A stretch of 64,000 nucleotides of DNA. Origin: Mobula hypostoma. Its lineage: Eukaryota. A program made the position numbers and the translations under genes. Location of the stretch: the NCBI RefSeq assembly GCF_963921235.1, contig NC_086097.1:161388001-161452000 (forward strand), given 5' to 3'. Under the pieces are notes generated by a model. The model was not told the origin of the DNA, made no database searches, and worked only from the letters and a program-made list of their open reading frames with translations. Within the stretch, counting starts at the first letter, position 1; each line of letters begins with the position of its first letter. Below, piece by piece: positions 1-12,745 of the stretch.

Positions 1-1003
1 AGGGAGGAAGTGTAAGGGCATGTGTAGCACTTGTTCCGCTTACAAGGATAAGTGCCAGGAGGAAGATCAGTGGGGAAGGATTGGGGGCGACGAATGGACA
101 AGGGAGTCGCGTAGGGAGCGATCGCTGCGGAAAGCAGAGATGGGGGGGAGGGAAAGATGTGCTTAGCGGTGGGATCCCGTTGGAGGTGGCGGAAGTTACA
201 GAGAATAATATGTCGGACCCGGAGGCTGGTGGGGTGGTAGGTGAGGACCAGGGGAACCCTATTCCTAGTGGGGTGACGGGAGGATGGAGTGACAGCAGAT
301 GTGCGTGAAATGAGGGAGATGCGTTTGAGAGCAGAGTTGATGGTGGAGGAAGGGAAGCCCCTTTCTTTAAAAAAGAAGGACATCTCCCTCATCCTGGAAT
401 GAAAAGCCTCATCCTGAGAGCAGATGCAGCGGAGATGGAGTAATTGCGAGAAGGGGATGGCATTTTTGCAAGAGACAGGGTGAGAAGAGGAATAGTCCAG
501 ATAGCTGTGAGAGTCGGTAGGCATATAGTAGACATCAGTAGATAGGCTGTCTCCAGAGACAGAGACAGAAAGATCTAGAAAGGGGAGAGAGGTGTTGGAA
601 ATGGACCAGGTAAACTTGAGGGCAGGGTGAAAGTTGGAGGCAAAGTTAATGAAGTCAACGAGCTCAGCATGCGTGCAGGAAGCAGCACCAATGCAGTCGT
701 CAATGTAGCGAAGGAAAAGTGGGGGACAGATACCAGAACAGGTTTGGAACATAGATCGTTCCACAAAGCCAACAAAAAGACAGGCATAGCTAGGACCCAT
801 ACGGGTGCCCATAGCTACACCTTTAGTTTGGAGGAAGTGGGAGGAGCCAAAGGAGAAATTATTAAGACTAAGGACTAATTCCGCTAGACGGAGCAGAGTG
901 GTGGTAGAGGGGAACTGATTAGGTCTGGAATCCAAAAAGAAGCCAGCAACTTTGATGTGTGTTGCTTGAATTTCCAGCATCTGCAGAATTCCTCGTGTTT
1001 GCA
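1..1003 (-). mobile_element. Penelope-like element (PLE) reverse transcriptase fragment, with a short inverted terminal-repeat piece at about 943-1003
   Basis: The minus strand translates to LQTKGVAMGT and LFLRYIDDCIGA (PLE-type RT motifs). 943-1003 matches the terminal repeat seen at 7444, 35754 and 59614, in inverted orientation relative to the body. Confidence 0.85.
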
Positions 1004-1065
1004 TTTACCCTATCTATACCCTTTATAACTTTGTATACCTCTACTGAATTTCCCCTTAATCTTCT

Positions 1066-2023
1066 ATGCAGCATCTCCAAGTTTGCGGATGACACGAAGC
1101 TGGGTGGCAGTGCTAGCTGTGAGGAGGATGCTAAGAGGATGCAGGGTGACTTGGATAGGTTAGGTGAGTGGGCAAATTCATGGCAGATGCAATTTAATGT
1201 GGATAAATGTGAAGTTATCTACTTTGGTGGCAAAAACAGGAAAACAGATTATTATCTGAATGGTGGCCGATTAGGAAAAGGGGAGGTGCAACGAGACCTG
1301 GGTGTCATTATACACCAGTCATTGAAAGTGGGCATGCAGGTACAGCAGGCGGTGAAAAAGGCGAATGGTATGCTGGCATTTATAGCAAGAGGATTCGAGT
1401 ACAGGAGCAGGGAGGTACTACTGCAGTTGTACAAGGCCTTGGTGAGACCACACCTGGAGTATTGTGTGCAGTTTTGGTCCCCTAATCTGAGGAAAGACAT
1501 CCTTGCCATAGAGGGAGTACAAAGAAGGTTCACCAGATTGATTCCTGGGATGGCAGGACTTTCATATGATGAAAGACTGGATGAACTAGGCTTATACTCG
1601 TTGGAATTTAGAAGATTGAGGGGAGATCTGATTGAAATGTATAAAATCCTAAAGGGATTGGACAGGCTAGATGCAGGAAGATTGTTCCCGATGTTGGGGA
1701 AGTCCAGAACGAGGGGTCACAGTTTGAGGATAAAGGGGAAGCCTTTTAGGACCGAGATTAGGAAAAACTTCTTCACACAGAGAGTGGTGAATCTGTGGAA
1801 TTCTCTGCCACAGGAAACAGTTGAGGCCAGTTCATTGGCTATATTTAAGAGGGAGTTAGATATGGCCCTTGTGGCTAAAGGGATCGGGGGTACGGAGGGA
1901 AGGCAGGTACAGGGTTCTGAGTTGGATGATCAGCCATGATCATACTGAATGGCGGTGCAGGCTCGAAGGGCCGAATGGCCTACTCCTGCACCTATTTTCT
2001 ATGTTTCTATGTTTCTATGTTTC
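1066..2023 (+). mobile_element. CR1 LINE, 5'-truncated, young (RT C-terminus plus 3' UTR)
   Basis: ORF 959..1939 contains SKFADDTKLGG and LVRPHLEYCVQFWSP. It ends in a (TTTCTATG)n tail and is almost identical to the 3' part of the copy at 28185-32105. It is inserted in an older minus-strand CR1 (about 1007-1065 and 2024-2165). Confidence 0.93.
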
Positions 2024-2239
2024 TGTGCTCCAACGAATAAAGTCCTAAGTTATTCAACCTTTCCCTATAACTCAGGTCTTCAAGTCCCACCAACATCCCT
2101 GTAAATTTTTTCTGCACTTCTTCAGCCTTGTTTATGTCCTTCCTATAGGTAGGTGACCAAAATGTGCTGACTGCCCCCACTCACTTTTTTAAAACTCTCT
2201 CTCCCCCTCCAAGCAATTCAGTGTCTCCTCAGAACTCTG

Positions 2240-2745
2240 TCATACAAAGTATTAATAGGATAGTACTCTATGCCTGCCAGGATGACAAGAAATTGTAGTG
2301 GTGTAGACACAGCCCACTCCATCCCAAAAACCAGTGTCCCCTTAATGAACTCAGTCTTCAGTTTTTACTGCTCAGAAAAGCAGCCAACAATCAACGTTCT
2401 CTCCCTACCATTGAGCAGAAAATATAAAAGCTTGAAAATATGCATCAACAGCCTCAAGGACGGCTTCTATCCTGCTGTTATCAGGCTCTTTAATGGGCTT
2501 CCTCTCTATTAAAGATGATCTCTTGACCTCACAATCTACTTTGTCATAGCCCCAGCACCTTATTGACTGCCTGAACAGCACTTTCTCCATAACTGTAACA
2601 CTATTTTCGGCATTCTATTGCTTTTTACTCATTCTACCTCAATGTATTGATATTTTGAAATTATCTGTATGGATGGCATCAAAACAGAAAGAAAATTCAC
2701 TGTATCTGGATACATGTGACAATATTAAAATAATGCCAATGCCAA
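2240..2745 (+). mobile_element. Decayed Rex1/Babar-like LINE 3' end
   Basis: LPLSRKYKSLKICINSLKDGFYPAVIRLFNG resembles the C-terminal motif SGRRLRSLKTRTARFGNSFFPTVIRLLN of the copy at 45195-45780. Confidence 0.6.
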
Positions 2746-2911
2746 CACTTGTGACTAAAATCATACGGCTTGGTCCAAGAACCAAATAATTGAAGGGAAA
2801 TCGCTGCTCTTAAACCTGGTGGTGTGGGACTTCAGGTTTCTGCACCTCCTGTTCGATGATGGCTGCAAGAAGATGGCATGGCCTGGATGGTGGGGACCTT
2901 TGATGATAGAT

Positions 2912-5695
2912 AACACACAGAAAACTCAGCACATCAGGCAGCATCTATGGAAATGAATGAACAGTAGATATTTCAAGCCAAGACCCTTCATCTGGACTGG
3001 AAAGGAAAAGGAAAGATGCCAAAATAAGAAGTGGCAAGGGGAAGAAGGACAAATCAGAAGGTGATTGGTGGAGCCAGGTGGTGGGAGGGGGGTGGGGAAC
3101 CATAAGACCATAAAACATATGAGCAGAAATAGGTCATTCAACCCATCGAATTCTCTCCACCATTCCGTCATGGCTGATTTATCATCCCTATCAAACCTAT
3201 TCTCTTGTCTTCTCCCTGTAACCTTTGGCACCCTGACCAATCAAGAACCTATCAGCCTCTGCTTTAAATATACTCAAGGACTTGGCCTCTGCAGCTGCCT
3301 GTGGCAATGAATTCTACAGATTCACAATCCTCTGACAAAAAAAATCCTCCTTATCTCTGTTCTAAATGGACGTCCCTCTAATTTGAGCCTGTGCCCTCTG
3401 GTCATAGACTATTCACCATAGGAATATCATTCCTACATCCACTCTATCTAGACCTTTCAATATTCCACCGGTTTCAATGAGATACCCCACTTCATTCTTC
3501 TAAACTCCAGTCAGTACAGGCCCAGAGCCATCAAACACTTACGTTAACCCTTTCATTCAGGAATCATTCTCATGAACCTCCTCTCGACCCTCTCCAAAGC
3601 TAGCACATCTTTTCTGAATAATGGGCCCAGATTTGATGGGCCAAATGGCTTAATTCTATTCCTATATCTTAAGGTCTAAAACTGTTCACAATATTCCAAG
3701 GGCAGTCTGACCAATATCTTATAAAGCCTCAGCATTACAGCCTTGTTTTTATATTCTAGTCCTTCTGAAATGAATATTAATATTGCATTTGCCTTCCTTA
3801 CCAATAACTCAACTGCAAGTTCACTTTTAGGGAATTCTGCATGAGGACTACCAAGTCCCTTTGCACCTCTGATTTTTTGAATTTTCTCCCCATTTAGAAA
3901 ATAGTCCATGCTGTTATTCCTTCTACCAAAATGCATGACTATGCACTTCGCTACACTATAATCCATCTACCACTTCTTTGTCCATTTTTCCCATCTGTCT
4001 AAGTCTTTCTGCAGACACCCTGCTTCCTCAACACTACCTGCCCCTCCACCTATTGTCGTATCATCCACAAACTTGACTACAAAGCCATTAATTCCATCAT
4101 CCAAATCATTCACATATAACGTGAAAAGAAGCTGTTCCAACACTGACCCCTGTGGACCACCACTACTCTTGGGCAACCAACCAGAAAAGGCCCATTTTAT
4201 TCCCACTCTTTGCCTTCTGCCAGTCAACCAATCTTCTATCCATGCCAGAATATTCCCTGTAATACCATGGCCTCTTATCTTGTTAAGAAGCCTCGTGTGT
4301 GCCAGTTTGTCATGTAAGAAGGTGGGAGGTGACAGGAGGAAAAGGTAAAAGACTGGTGAAGAAGGAGGAGAGGCAGAGGATAACAGAGGAGAGTGGACCA
4401 TGGGAAAAAGGGAAGGAGGAGTGGTACCAGGGAGGGGTGATAGGCAGGTGAGGAGAAGAGGTAAGATACCAGAGAGGGGAATTGAAGAAGAGGGAAAGAG
4501 GAAGGGAAAAATTATTGGAAGTTAGAGAGATTGATGTTCATGCCATCAAGTTGAAGGCTACCTAAATGGAATATGAGGTGTTTCTCCTCTGACCTGAGAG
4601 TTTCAGAAGAGAAGGTCATGGACTGACATGGGGATAAGAATTAAAATGGTTAGCCACTGGGAATTTCTGCTTTTTACAGATGGAGCAGAGATGCTCGACA
4701 AAGCTTTTCTCAAATCTTCATTGGGTCTCACTGTAGATGCCTCCAACAGATTCACAGGTGAAGTGTTGCTTCAAATGTAAGGACTGTTTGGGGTCCTGAA
4801 TGGAGGTGAGAGGGGGTGAATGGCAAGTGTAGCTTTTCAGCCGCTTGCAGGGACAAGTGCCAGGAGGAAGATTAGTGCTGAGGGATGAATGGACAATTGA
4901 ATCATGGAGGGAGCGATCTCCATGGAAAGCAGACAAATGGGGGGTGAAGGGGTTGATAAAGATGTGGTAGGGTCCACTTGAAGATGGCGAATGTTGCGGA
5001 GAATGATATTTTGGATGCGGAGCCTAACGGAGTGATAGGTGAGGACGGAGGAACTCTCCCTGTTAAGGCAGCAGAAAGGTGAGGTGAGGATGCATGTCTG
5101 GAAAATGGAGGAGATGCGGGTGAGGGCAGCACCAACGGTGGAGGAATGGAAATCCCATTCTTTGATATCTTCAGTGTACTGGAAAGAAAAGCCTCATCCT
5201 GGGAATAGATATGGTGGAGACGACAGAACTGAGAAAAGGGAAAGGAATTTTTACAGGAGACAGGGTGGGAATGGGTAAATCAAGATCGCTGTGGGAGTCG
5301 GTAGGAATCGGCAAACAGTTTGTCTCCAAAGATGGTGACAGAGATTTCAAGAAGGGGAAGGAAGGTGTCAGAAATAGACTAGGTAAATTTAAGAGCAGGG
5401 TGGAAGTTGGAGGCAAAGTTGATGAAAATGAGAAGCTCAGCATGGGTGAATGAAGCAGCACCAATGCAGCTGTTAATGTCATCAGAAAAAGTTGAGAAGT
5501 ATTACCAGGGAAAGCTTGGAACATGGACTGGTCCACATACCCAATGAAAATGCAGGCACAGCGGGGGCCCATGCAGGCGCTCATGGTTGAATCTTGAGTT
5601 TGGAGAAAGTAGGAGGAGCCAAAAGAGAAATTGTTGAGGGTGAGGACCAGTTCCGCCAGACAGAGCAGTGTGGTGGTGCAAGGGAACCAGTTAGG
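2912..5695 (-). mobile_element. Decayed Penelope-like element interrupted by a CR1
   Basis: PLE RT remnants (ORF 5171..5728: LAELVLTLNNFSFGSSYFLQ) and a GIY-YIG-region remnant (QHFTCESVGGIY). Terminal repeat with a degenerate hammerhead motif at about 2960-3000. Flanked by the near-duplicate TTGATGATAGA / TTGATGACAGA. Confidence 0.8.
3098..4305 (-). mobile_element. CR1 LINE RT fragment nested in the PLE
   Basis: ORFs 3676..3966 and 3967..4401 contain GGPQGSVL, KFVDDTTIGG and LVRLPLEYCEQF. Confidence 0.88.
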
Positions 5696-5821
5696 TTGAT
5701 GACAGATGTTGCTTTCTTGAGGCAACAACTCATACAGATACTTTTGATGATAGTAGGGGATGCATCTATGATATATTGGACTGAGTTCACTACTCTATGC
5801 AGTTTCTTACATTCCTGCACA

Positions 5822-8800
5822 TTAGAAACATAGAAAACCTACAGCACAATACAGGCCCTTCGGCCCACAATGCTGTGCCGAACATGTACTACTTTAGAAA
5901 TTACCTAGGGTTACCAATAGCCCTCTATTTTTCTAAGCTCCATGTACCTATCCAGGAGCCTCTTAAAAGACCCAATTGTCACCACAGTCGCCAGCTGCCC
6001 ATTCCACGCAATCAACACTTCCTGCATAAAAAACTTACCACTGACATTCCCTCTGTACCTACTTCCAAGCACCTGAAAACTATGCCCTATTGTGTTAGCC
6101 ATTTCAGCCCTGGGAAAAAGCCACTGACTATCCACATGCTCAATGCCCCGCATCATCTTATACACCTCTATCAGGTCACCTCTCATCCTCCACAGCTCCA
6201 AGGAGAAAAGGCCAAGGTCACTCAACCTATTCTGGAAAGGCATGCTCCCTGATCCAGGCAACATCCTTGTAAATCTCCTCTGCACCCTTTCTATAGTTTC
6301 CACATCCTTCCTATAGTAAGATGACCAGAACTGAGAAAAGTACTCCAAGTGGGGTGTGACCAGGGTTCTATACAGCTGTAACAATACCTCTCAGCTCTTG
6401 AACTCAATCCCACGATTGATAAAGGCCAATGCACCATATGTCTTCTTATCCACACAGTCAACCTGCACAGCAGCTTTGAGTGTCCTATGGATACGGACCC
6501 CGAGATCCCTCTGATCCTCCACACTGCCAAGAGTCTTACCATTAATGCTATATTCTGCCATCATATTTGACCTACCAAAATGAACCACCTCACAGTTACC
6601 TGGGTTGAACTCCATCTGCCACTTCTCAGCCCAGTTTTGCATCCAATCAATGTCCCACTGTAATCTCTGACAGCCCTCCACACTATCCACAACACTCCCC
6701 ACAATTGTGTCATCAGCAAATTTCCTAACCCATCCCTCCACTTCCACATCCAGGTCATTTATAAAAATCATGAAGAGAAGAGGTCCCAGAACAGATCCTT
6801 GAGATCTCCAAACTCTTCTACAACCACTCTTTGCCTTCTGTTGGCATGCCAATTCTGGATCCACAAAGCAAGGTCTCCTTGGATCCTATGCCTCCTTACT
6901 TTCTCAATAAGCCTGGCACGGGGTACCTTATCAAGTGCCTTGCTGAAATCCATATACACTACACCTACTGCTCTACTTCATCAATGTGTATAGTCACATT
7001 CTCAAAAAGTTCAATCAGACTTGTAAATCACGACCTGCCTTTGACAAGGCCATGCTGACTATTCCTAATCATATTATGCCTCTCCAAATGTTCATAAATC
7101 CTGCCCCTCAGGATCTTTTCCATCAACTTACCAACCACTGAAGTAAGACTCACTGGTCTATAATTTCCTGGGCTATCTCTACTCCCTTTCTTGAATAAGG
7201 GAACAACAGCCGCAACCCTCCAATCCTCTGGAACCTCTCTCGTCTCCATTTATGATGCAAAGATCATCACCAGAGGCTCAGCAATCTCCTCCCTCACCTC
7301 CCACAGTAGCCTGGGGTAAATCTCATCCGGTCCCATTGACTTATCCAACTTGATGCTTTCCAAAAGCTCCAGCACATCCCCTTTCTTAATATCTACATGT
7401 TCAAGCTTTTCAACCCACTGTAAGTCATCCCTCCAATCGCCAACAACAGGAATTCTGCAGATGCTGGAAATTCAAGCAACACACATCAAAGTTGCTGGTG
7501 AACGCAGCAGGCCAGGCAGCATCTCTAGGAAGAAGTGCAGTCGACGTTTCAGGCTGAGACCATTCCTGACTGTACCTCTTCCTAGAGATGCTGCCTGGCC
7601 TGCTGCGTTCACCAGCAACTTTGATGTGTGTTCCTACAATCGCCAAGATCCTTTTCTGTAGTGAATACTGAAGCAAAGTATTCATTAAGTACCTCCACTA
7701 TCTCCTCTGGTTCCATACACAATTTTCCAATGTCACACTTGATTAGTCCTGTTCTCTCACGTCTTATCCTCTTGCTCTTCACATATTTGTAGAAAGCCTC
7801 GGGGTTTTCCTTAATCCTTCTCATGGCCCCTTCTGGATCTCCTAATTTCATTTTTAAGCTTCTTCCTGTTAGCCTTATAATTTTCTAGATCTCTATCATT
7901 ATCTAGTTTTTTGAACCTTTCATAAGCTTTTCTTTTCTTCTTGACTAGATTTACAACAGCCTTTCTACACCATGGTCCCTGTACCCTACCATCCTTTCCC
8001 TGTCTCATTGGAACATACCTATGCAGAACACCACACAAATATCCCCTGAACATTTGCCACATTTCTGCTGTATATTTCCCTGAGCACATCTGTTCCCAAT
8101 TTATGATTCCAAGGTCCTGCCTGATAGCTTCATATTTCCCCTTACTCCAATTAAATGCTTTCCTAACTTGTCTGTTCCTATCCCTCGCCAATGCTATGGT
8201 AAAGGAAATAGAATTGTGATCACTATCTCCAAAGTGGTCTTCCACTGAGAGACCTGACACCTGATCAGGTTCATTTCCCAATACCAGATCAAGTACAGCC
8301 TCTCCTCTTGTAAGCTTATCTACATATTGTGTCAGGAAACCTTCCTGAACACACCAAACCAACTCCATCCCATCTAAACCCTTTGCTCTCGGGTGATGCC
8401 AATCAATATTGGGGAAATTAAAATCACCCACCAAGATAACCCTGTTATTATTGCATCTTTCCAGAATCTGTCTCCCTATCTGCTCCTCAGTATCCCTGTT
8501 ACTATTGGGTGGTCTATAAAAACACCTAATAGAGTTATTGACCCCTTGCTGTTCCTAACTTCCACCCACAGAGACTCAGTAGACAATCATTCCATGACTT
8601 CCTCTTTTTCTGCAGCCATGACACTATCTCTGATCAGCAGTGCCACGCCCCCACCTCTTTTGCCTCCCTCCCTGTCCTTTCTGAAACATCTAAAGCCTGG
8701 CACTCAAAGTAGCTACTCCTACCCCTGAGCCATCCAAGTCTCTGTAATGGCCACAACATCATAGCCCAAGTATTGATCCACGCTCTAAGCTCATCCACTT

Positions 8801-9801
8801 TGTTCATGATACTCCTTGCATTAAAATACACATCTCAAACCATTAGACTGAGTGTATCCCTTCTCTATCACCTGCCTATCCTCCCTTTCGCATTGTCTCC
8901 AAGCTTTCTCTATTTGCAAGCCAACCTCCCCTTCCGCCATCTCTTCAGTTTGGTTCCCACCCCCCAGCAATTCTAATTTAAACTCTCCCCAATAGCCTTA
9001 GCAAACCTCCCTGCCAGGATATTGGTCCTCCTCGGATTCAAGTGCAACCCGTCCTTTTTGTACAGGTCACGCCTGCCCCAAAAGAGGTCCCAATGATCCA
9101 GAAATCTGAACCCCTGCCCCCTGCTCCAATCCCTCAGCCACACATTTATCCTCCACCTCATTCTATTCCTATACTCACTGTCGTGTGCCACAGGCAATAA
9201 TCCCAAGATTAGTACCTTTGAGGTCCTGCTTCTCAACTTCCTTCCTAACTCCCTGTAGTCCGTTTTCAGGACTTCCTCCCTTTTCCTACCAATATGTACC
9301 ACGACCTCTGCATGTCATGGACTGGATCAGAAACATCCCGGACCCTGGCATCTGGGAGGCAAACTACCATCTGTGTTTCTTTCTTGCGTCCACAGAATCG
9401 CCTGACTGACCTCCTAACTATAGAGTCCCCTATCACTGCTAGCTTCTTCCTTTCTCTCTCCTTCTGAGCCACAGGGCCAGACCCTGTGCCAGAGGCGCGG
9501 CCACTGTTGCTTCCCCCAGGTAGGTCGTCACCCCCAACACTACTCAAACAGAAGTACTTATTGTTAAGGGGGACAGCCACAGGGGTACTCTCTAATATCT
9601 GACTCTTGTCCTTCCCCCTCCTGACTGTTACCCATTTATCTGTCTCTTGAGGCCCCAGTGTGACTACTTGCCTATAGCTTTTCTCCATCACCTCCTTAAT
9701 TTCCCTAACCAGACAAAGGTCATCAAGCTGCATCCAGTTCCCTAACCCGGTCCCTAAGGAGCTGCAGGTCGATGAACCCGGTGCAGATGTGGCCGTCCAG
9801 G
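5822..9801 (-). mobile_element. Long decayed CR1 LINE (ORF1 esterase remnant, APE endonuclease, RT), multiply frameshifted
   Basis: ORF1 has VIGDSIVR and DGLHLNPR (SGNH type). The endonuclease has YFNARSIMNK, VGDFNFPNIDW and GDSDHN. The RT has FADDT. The 3' tail TAGAAACATAGAAA is at 5823. Confidence 0.92.
7444..7632. mobile_element. Fold-back (inverted-repeat) insertion made of two PLE terminal-repeat arms
   Basis: The arms are reverse complements. It interrupts the CR1 and is flanked by a 14-bp TSD, CCTCCAATCGCCAA (7430-7443) and CCTACAATCGCCAA (7633-7646). Confidence 0.85.
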
Positions 9802-10310
9802 CCACATTCAAATTAATATACCAGACCATTATGCAACTAGTCAGGATAATTTCAACAGTATATCAGTGGAAATTTGTAAGCATCTTTGGTAACATGCCAT
9901 ATCTCCTTAACCTTCCAAGAAAGTAAAGATTCTGAAAGTAAAACTTCATTGTGATTGCATTTGTGCGCTGGGCCCAGGCATCTGGTTAATGCCCAGGAAA
10001 TTAAAGCCGCTAATCCTCTCCACCACCAATCCCCCAATGTTGACAGGCACGTTTGCCCCCTTTCTCCTCCCTACAGTTAACTATCAGTTCTATAGTTTTA
10101 CTGACATTGAGTCGTAGGTTACTATTGTGGCATCATTTAACAGATGTCCTGTCTCACTCATATATGCTAATTCATCATCATCAACAGTGGTGTTGTCAGC
10201 AAATTTGTATATGGCATCAGAGCTGTGCCTAGCAACATAGTTTATACAGCATGTAAAGCGAGGGTGAGGCGTGCAGCCTTAGGACTTACCTGTGTTGATG
10301 ATCGGCAAGC
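9802..10310 (-). mobile_element. Old Rex1/Babar-like LINE remnant (continues at about 5696-5821 and 2780-2910)
   Basis: The minus strand resembles the TNFYRCTIESILTGCI..WY and KFADDTT motifs. The pieces join once the PLE and CR1 insertions are removed. Confidence 0.55.
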
Positions 10311-10829
10311 CTGAACCTCCACGGTTCTCTTGAGCAGAGAACCCTGTTCCCTCTAAGCTGTGTGGGTGCACAGCCACGCAGTAACTGAAATGCTGGAATT
10401 GGACACTGCTAGAAACAGTTTACGAAACATGAAAGAATTTCTTTGTTGTACTGTATTTCAGTATACCCTTCAATTAATAAATACAATCAAACGTATGTGA
10501 TTTTTCAATTTCTGTTCCAAATATTCAGAGTATGCACATTACAAAAAAAAAATTTAAAGTGCCACACAGTTTTCAGGTCATTGGTAGAGTTTTTTAAAAG
10601 ACTCACAACAGTTTGAGTGAAGCAATTCTTCCTCAACCCTTAGAGATTAACCACTAACTTTTAGACAAAAACCTGTCAGAAACATGACTATGTGTGGTTC
10701 TACATCAGCAAGTGAATGTTTACAATTTAGAATAAGCTGCTTTCAATTCCTTTATTTGTATTGTGATTAATGGCAGCTAGTCTTGAGAATTTTCCCCAAA
10801 AAATGATCATGTTGAAAGTGCCCTTCAAT

Positions 10830-12287
10830 AGTATCATCAATGGGGACAGGAGTGGTTCCAGAGGACTGGAGGGTTGCAGATGTTGTTCCCTTATTCCAGA
10901 AAGGGAGTAGAGATAGCCTAGGAAATTATAGACCAGTGAGTCTTACTTCTGTGGTTGGTAAATTGATGAAGAAGATCCTGAGAGGGAGGATTTATGAACA
11001 TTTGGAGAGGCAGAATATGATTAGGAATAGTCAGCACGGCTTTGTTAAAGGCCCTTACAAGCCTGATTGAATTTTTTGAGGATGTGACTAATGATGAAGG
11101 TAGAGCAGTAGATGTAGTCTATATGGATTTCAGCAAGACATTTGATAAGGTACCCCATGCAAGGCTTATTGAGAAAGTAAGGAGGCATAGGATTCAAGGG
11201 GGCCTTGCTTTGTGGATCCAGAACTGGCTTTCTCGCAGAAGGCAAAGAGTGGTTGTAGATGGGTCATATTCTGCACGGAGGTCGGTGACCAGCGGTGTGC
11301 CTCAGGGATCTGTTCTGGGACCCCTTCTCTTCATGATTTTTATAAATGACCTGGATGAGGAAGGGGAGGGATGAGTTAGTAAATTTGCTGATGACACAAA
11401 GGTTGGGGGTGTTGTGGATAATGTGGAGGGCTGTCAGAGATTACAGCAGGAATTCAAGAGAATGCAGAACTGGGCTCAGAAGTGCCAGATGGAGTTCAAC
11501 CCAGATAAGTGTGAGGTGGTTAATTTTGGTAGGTCAAATATGATGGCAGAATATAGCATTAATGGTAAGACTCTTGGCAGTGTGGAGGATCAGAGGAATC
11601 TTGGGGACAACTCCATAGGACACTCAAAGCTGCTGCGCAGGTTGACTCTGTGGTTAAGAAGGCATACGGTGCATTGGCCTTCATCAACCATGGGATTGAG
11701 TTTAAGAGCCGAGAGGTAATGTTACAGCTATATAGGACCCTGGTCAGGCCCCACTTGGAGTACTGTGCTCATTTCTGGTCACCCCACTACAGGAAGGATA
11801 TGGAAACTCTAGAAAGGGTGCAGAGAAAATTTACAAGGATGTTGCCTGGATTGGGGAGCATGCCCTACAAGAATAGGTTGATTGAACTTGGCCTTTCCTT
11901 CTTGGAGCGGCGGAGGATAAGAGGTGACCTGATAGAGGTGTATAAGATGATGAGAGGCATTAATCGTGTGGATAGTCAGACGCTTTTTCCCAGGGCTGAA
12001 ATGGCTAACATGACAGTGCACAGTTTTAAGGTGCTTGGAGGTAGGTACAGAGGAGATGTCAGGGGTAGGTTTTTTTTATGAAGAGAGTGGTGAGTGTGTG
12101 GAATGGGCTGCCAGCGACTGTGGTGAAGGCAGAGACGATAGGGTCTTTTAAGAGATTCCTAGACAGGTACATGGAGCTTAGAAAAATAGAGGGCTATGGG
12201 TAACCTGAGGTTATTTCTAAGTAAGTACATGTTTGGCTCAGGACTGTGGGCTGAAGGGCCTGTATCGTGCTCTATGTTTCTATGTTT
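10830..12287 (+). mobile_element. CR1 LINE RT fragment with 3' end
   Basis: [57 protein letters not shown] tail. Confidence 0.9.
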
Positions 12288-12745
12288 TAATATCCCTGCA
12301 TAATTCCTGTTAATGCTGCGAATCCTGTGAGAATTGCCAGTTCCAGATATCAGTTTCTCATTTATGTAAAAGGTCAATTGATCATCTGCGAACAAATTTG
12401 TTGTTTTCCATAATGAGAATATAATTTTCCAAAAAGGTTGGCCCTGGCGACACCAATGATTTTTAGCAATCTAACGAATTTCTGAAACTGGAACTCTTTA
12501 TGGAAAATATTCTATGCTTTGATTCTATCATAGTTTGGAGAGTACAAACAAGTCATTCTGTTTGGTACCAATTGGAATATTTACTAAAATAGAGTTTAAT
12601 TGGGTTTTTTTTAAATCAGGTAAGCAAGAAGTACACTGGTTGTGTAAAATCATCAGTTAGAGCTAGAAAAAAAGACAAGCAGAGAATTTTTGGAATTGCT
12701 CATGGTGGTGGGTTAACTGCTTCATTCATTCCTCTTCTGCAGTGT

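Noticed and set aside
959..1065. N-terminus of the 326-aa ORF as a host signal or membrane segment
   Set aside because: Chance read-through of a PLE end and an antisense CR1 piece into the CR1 RT frame.
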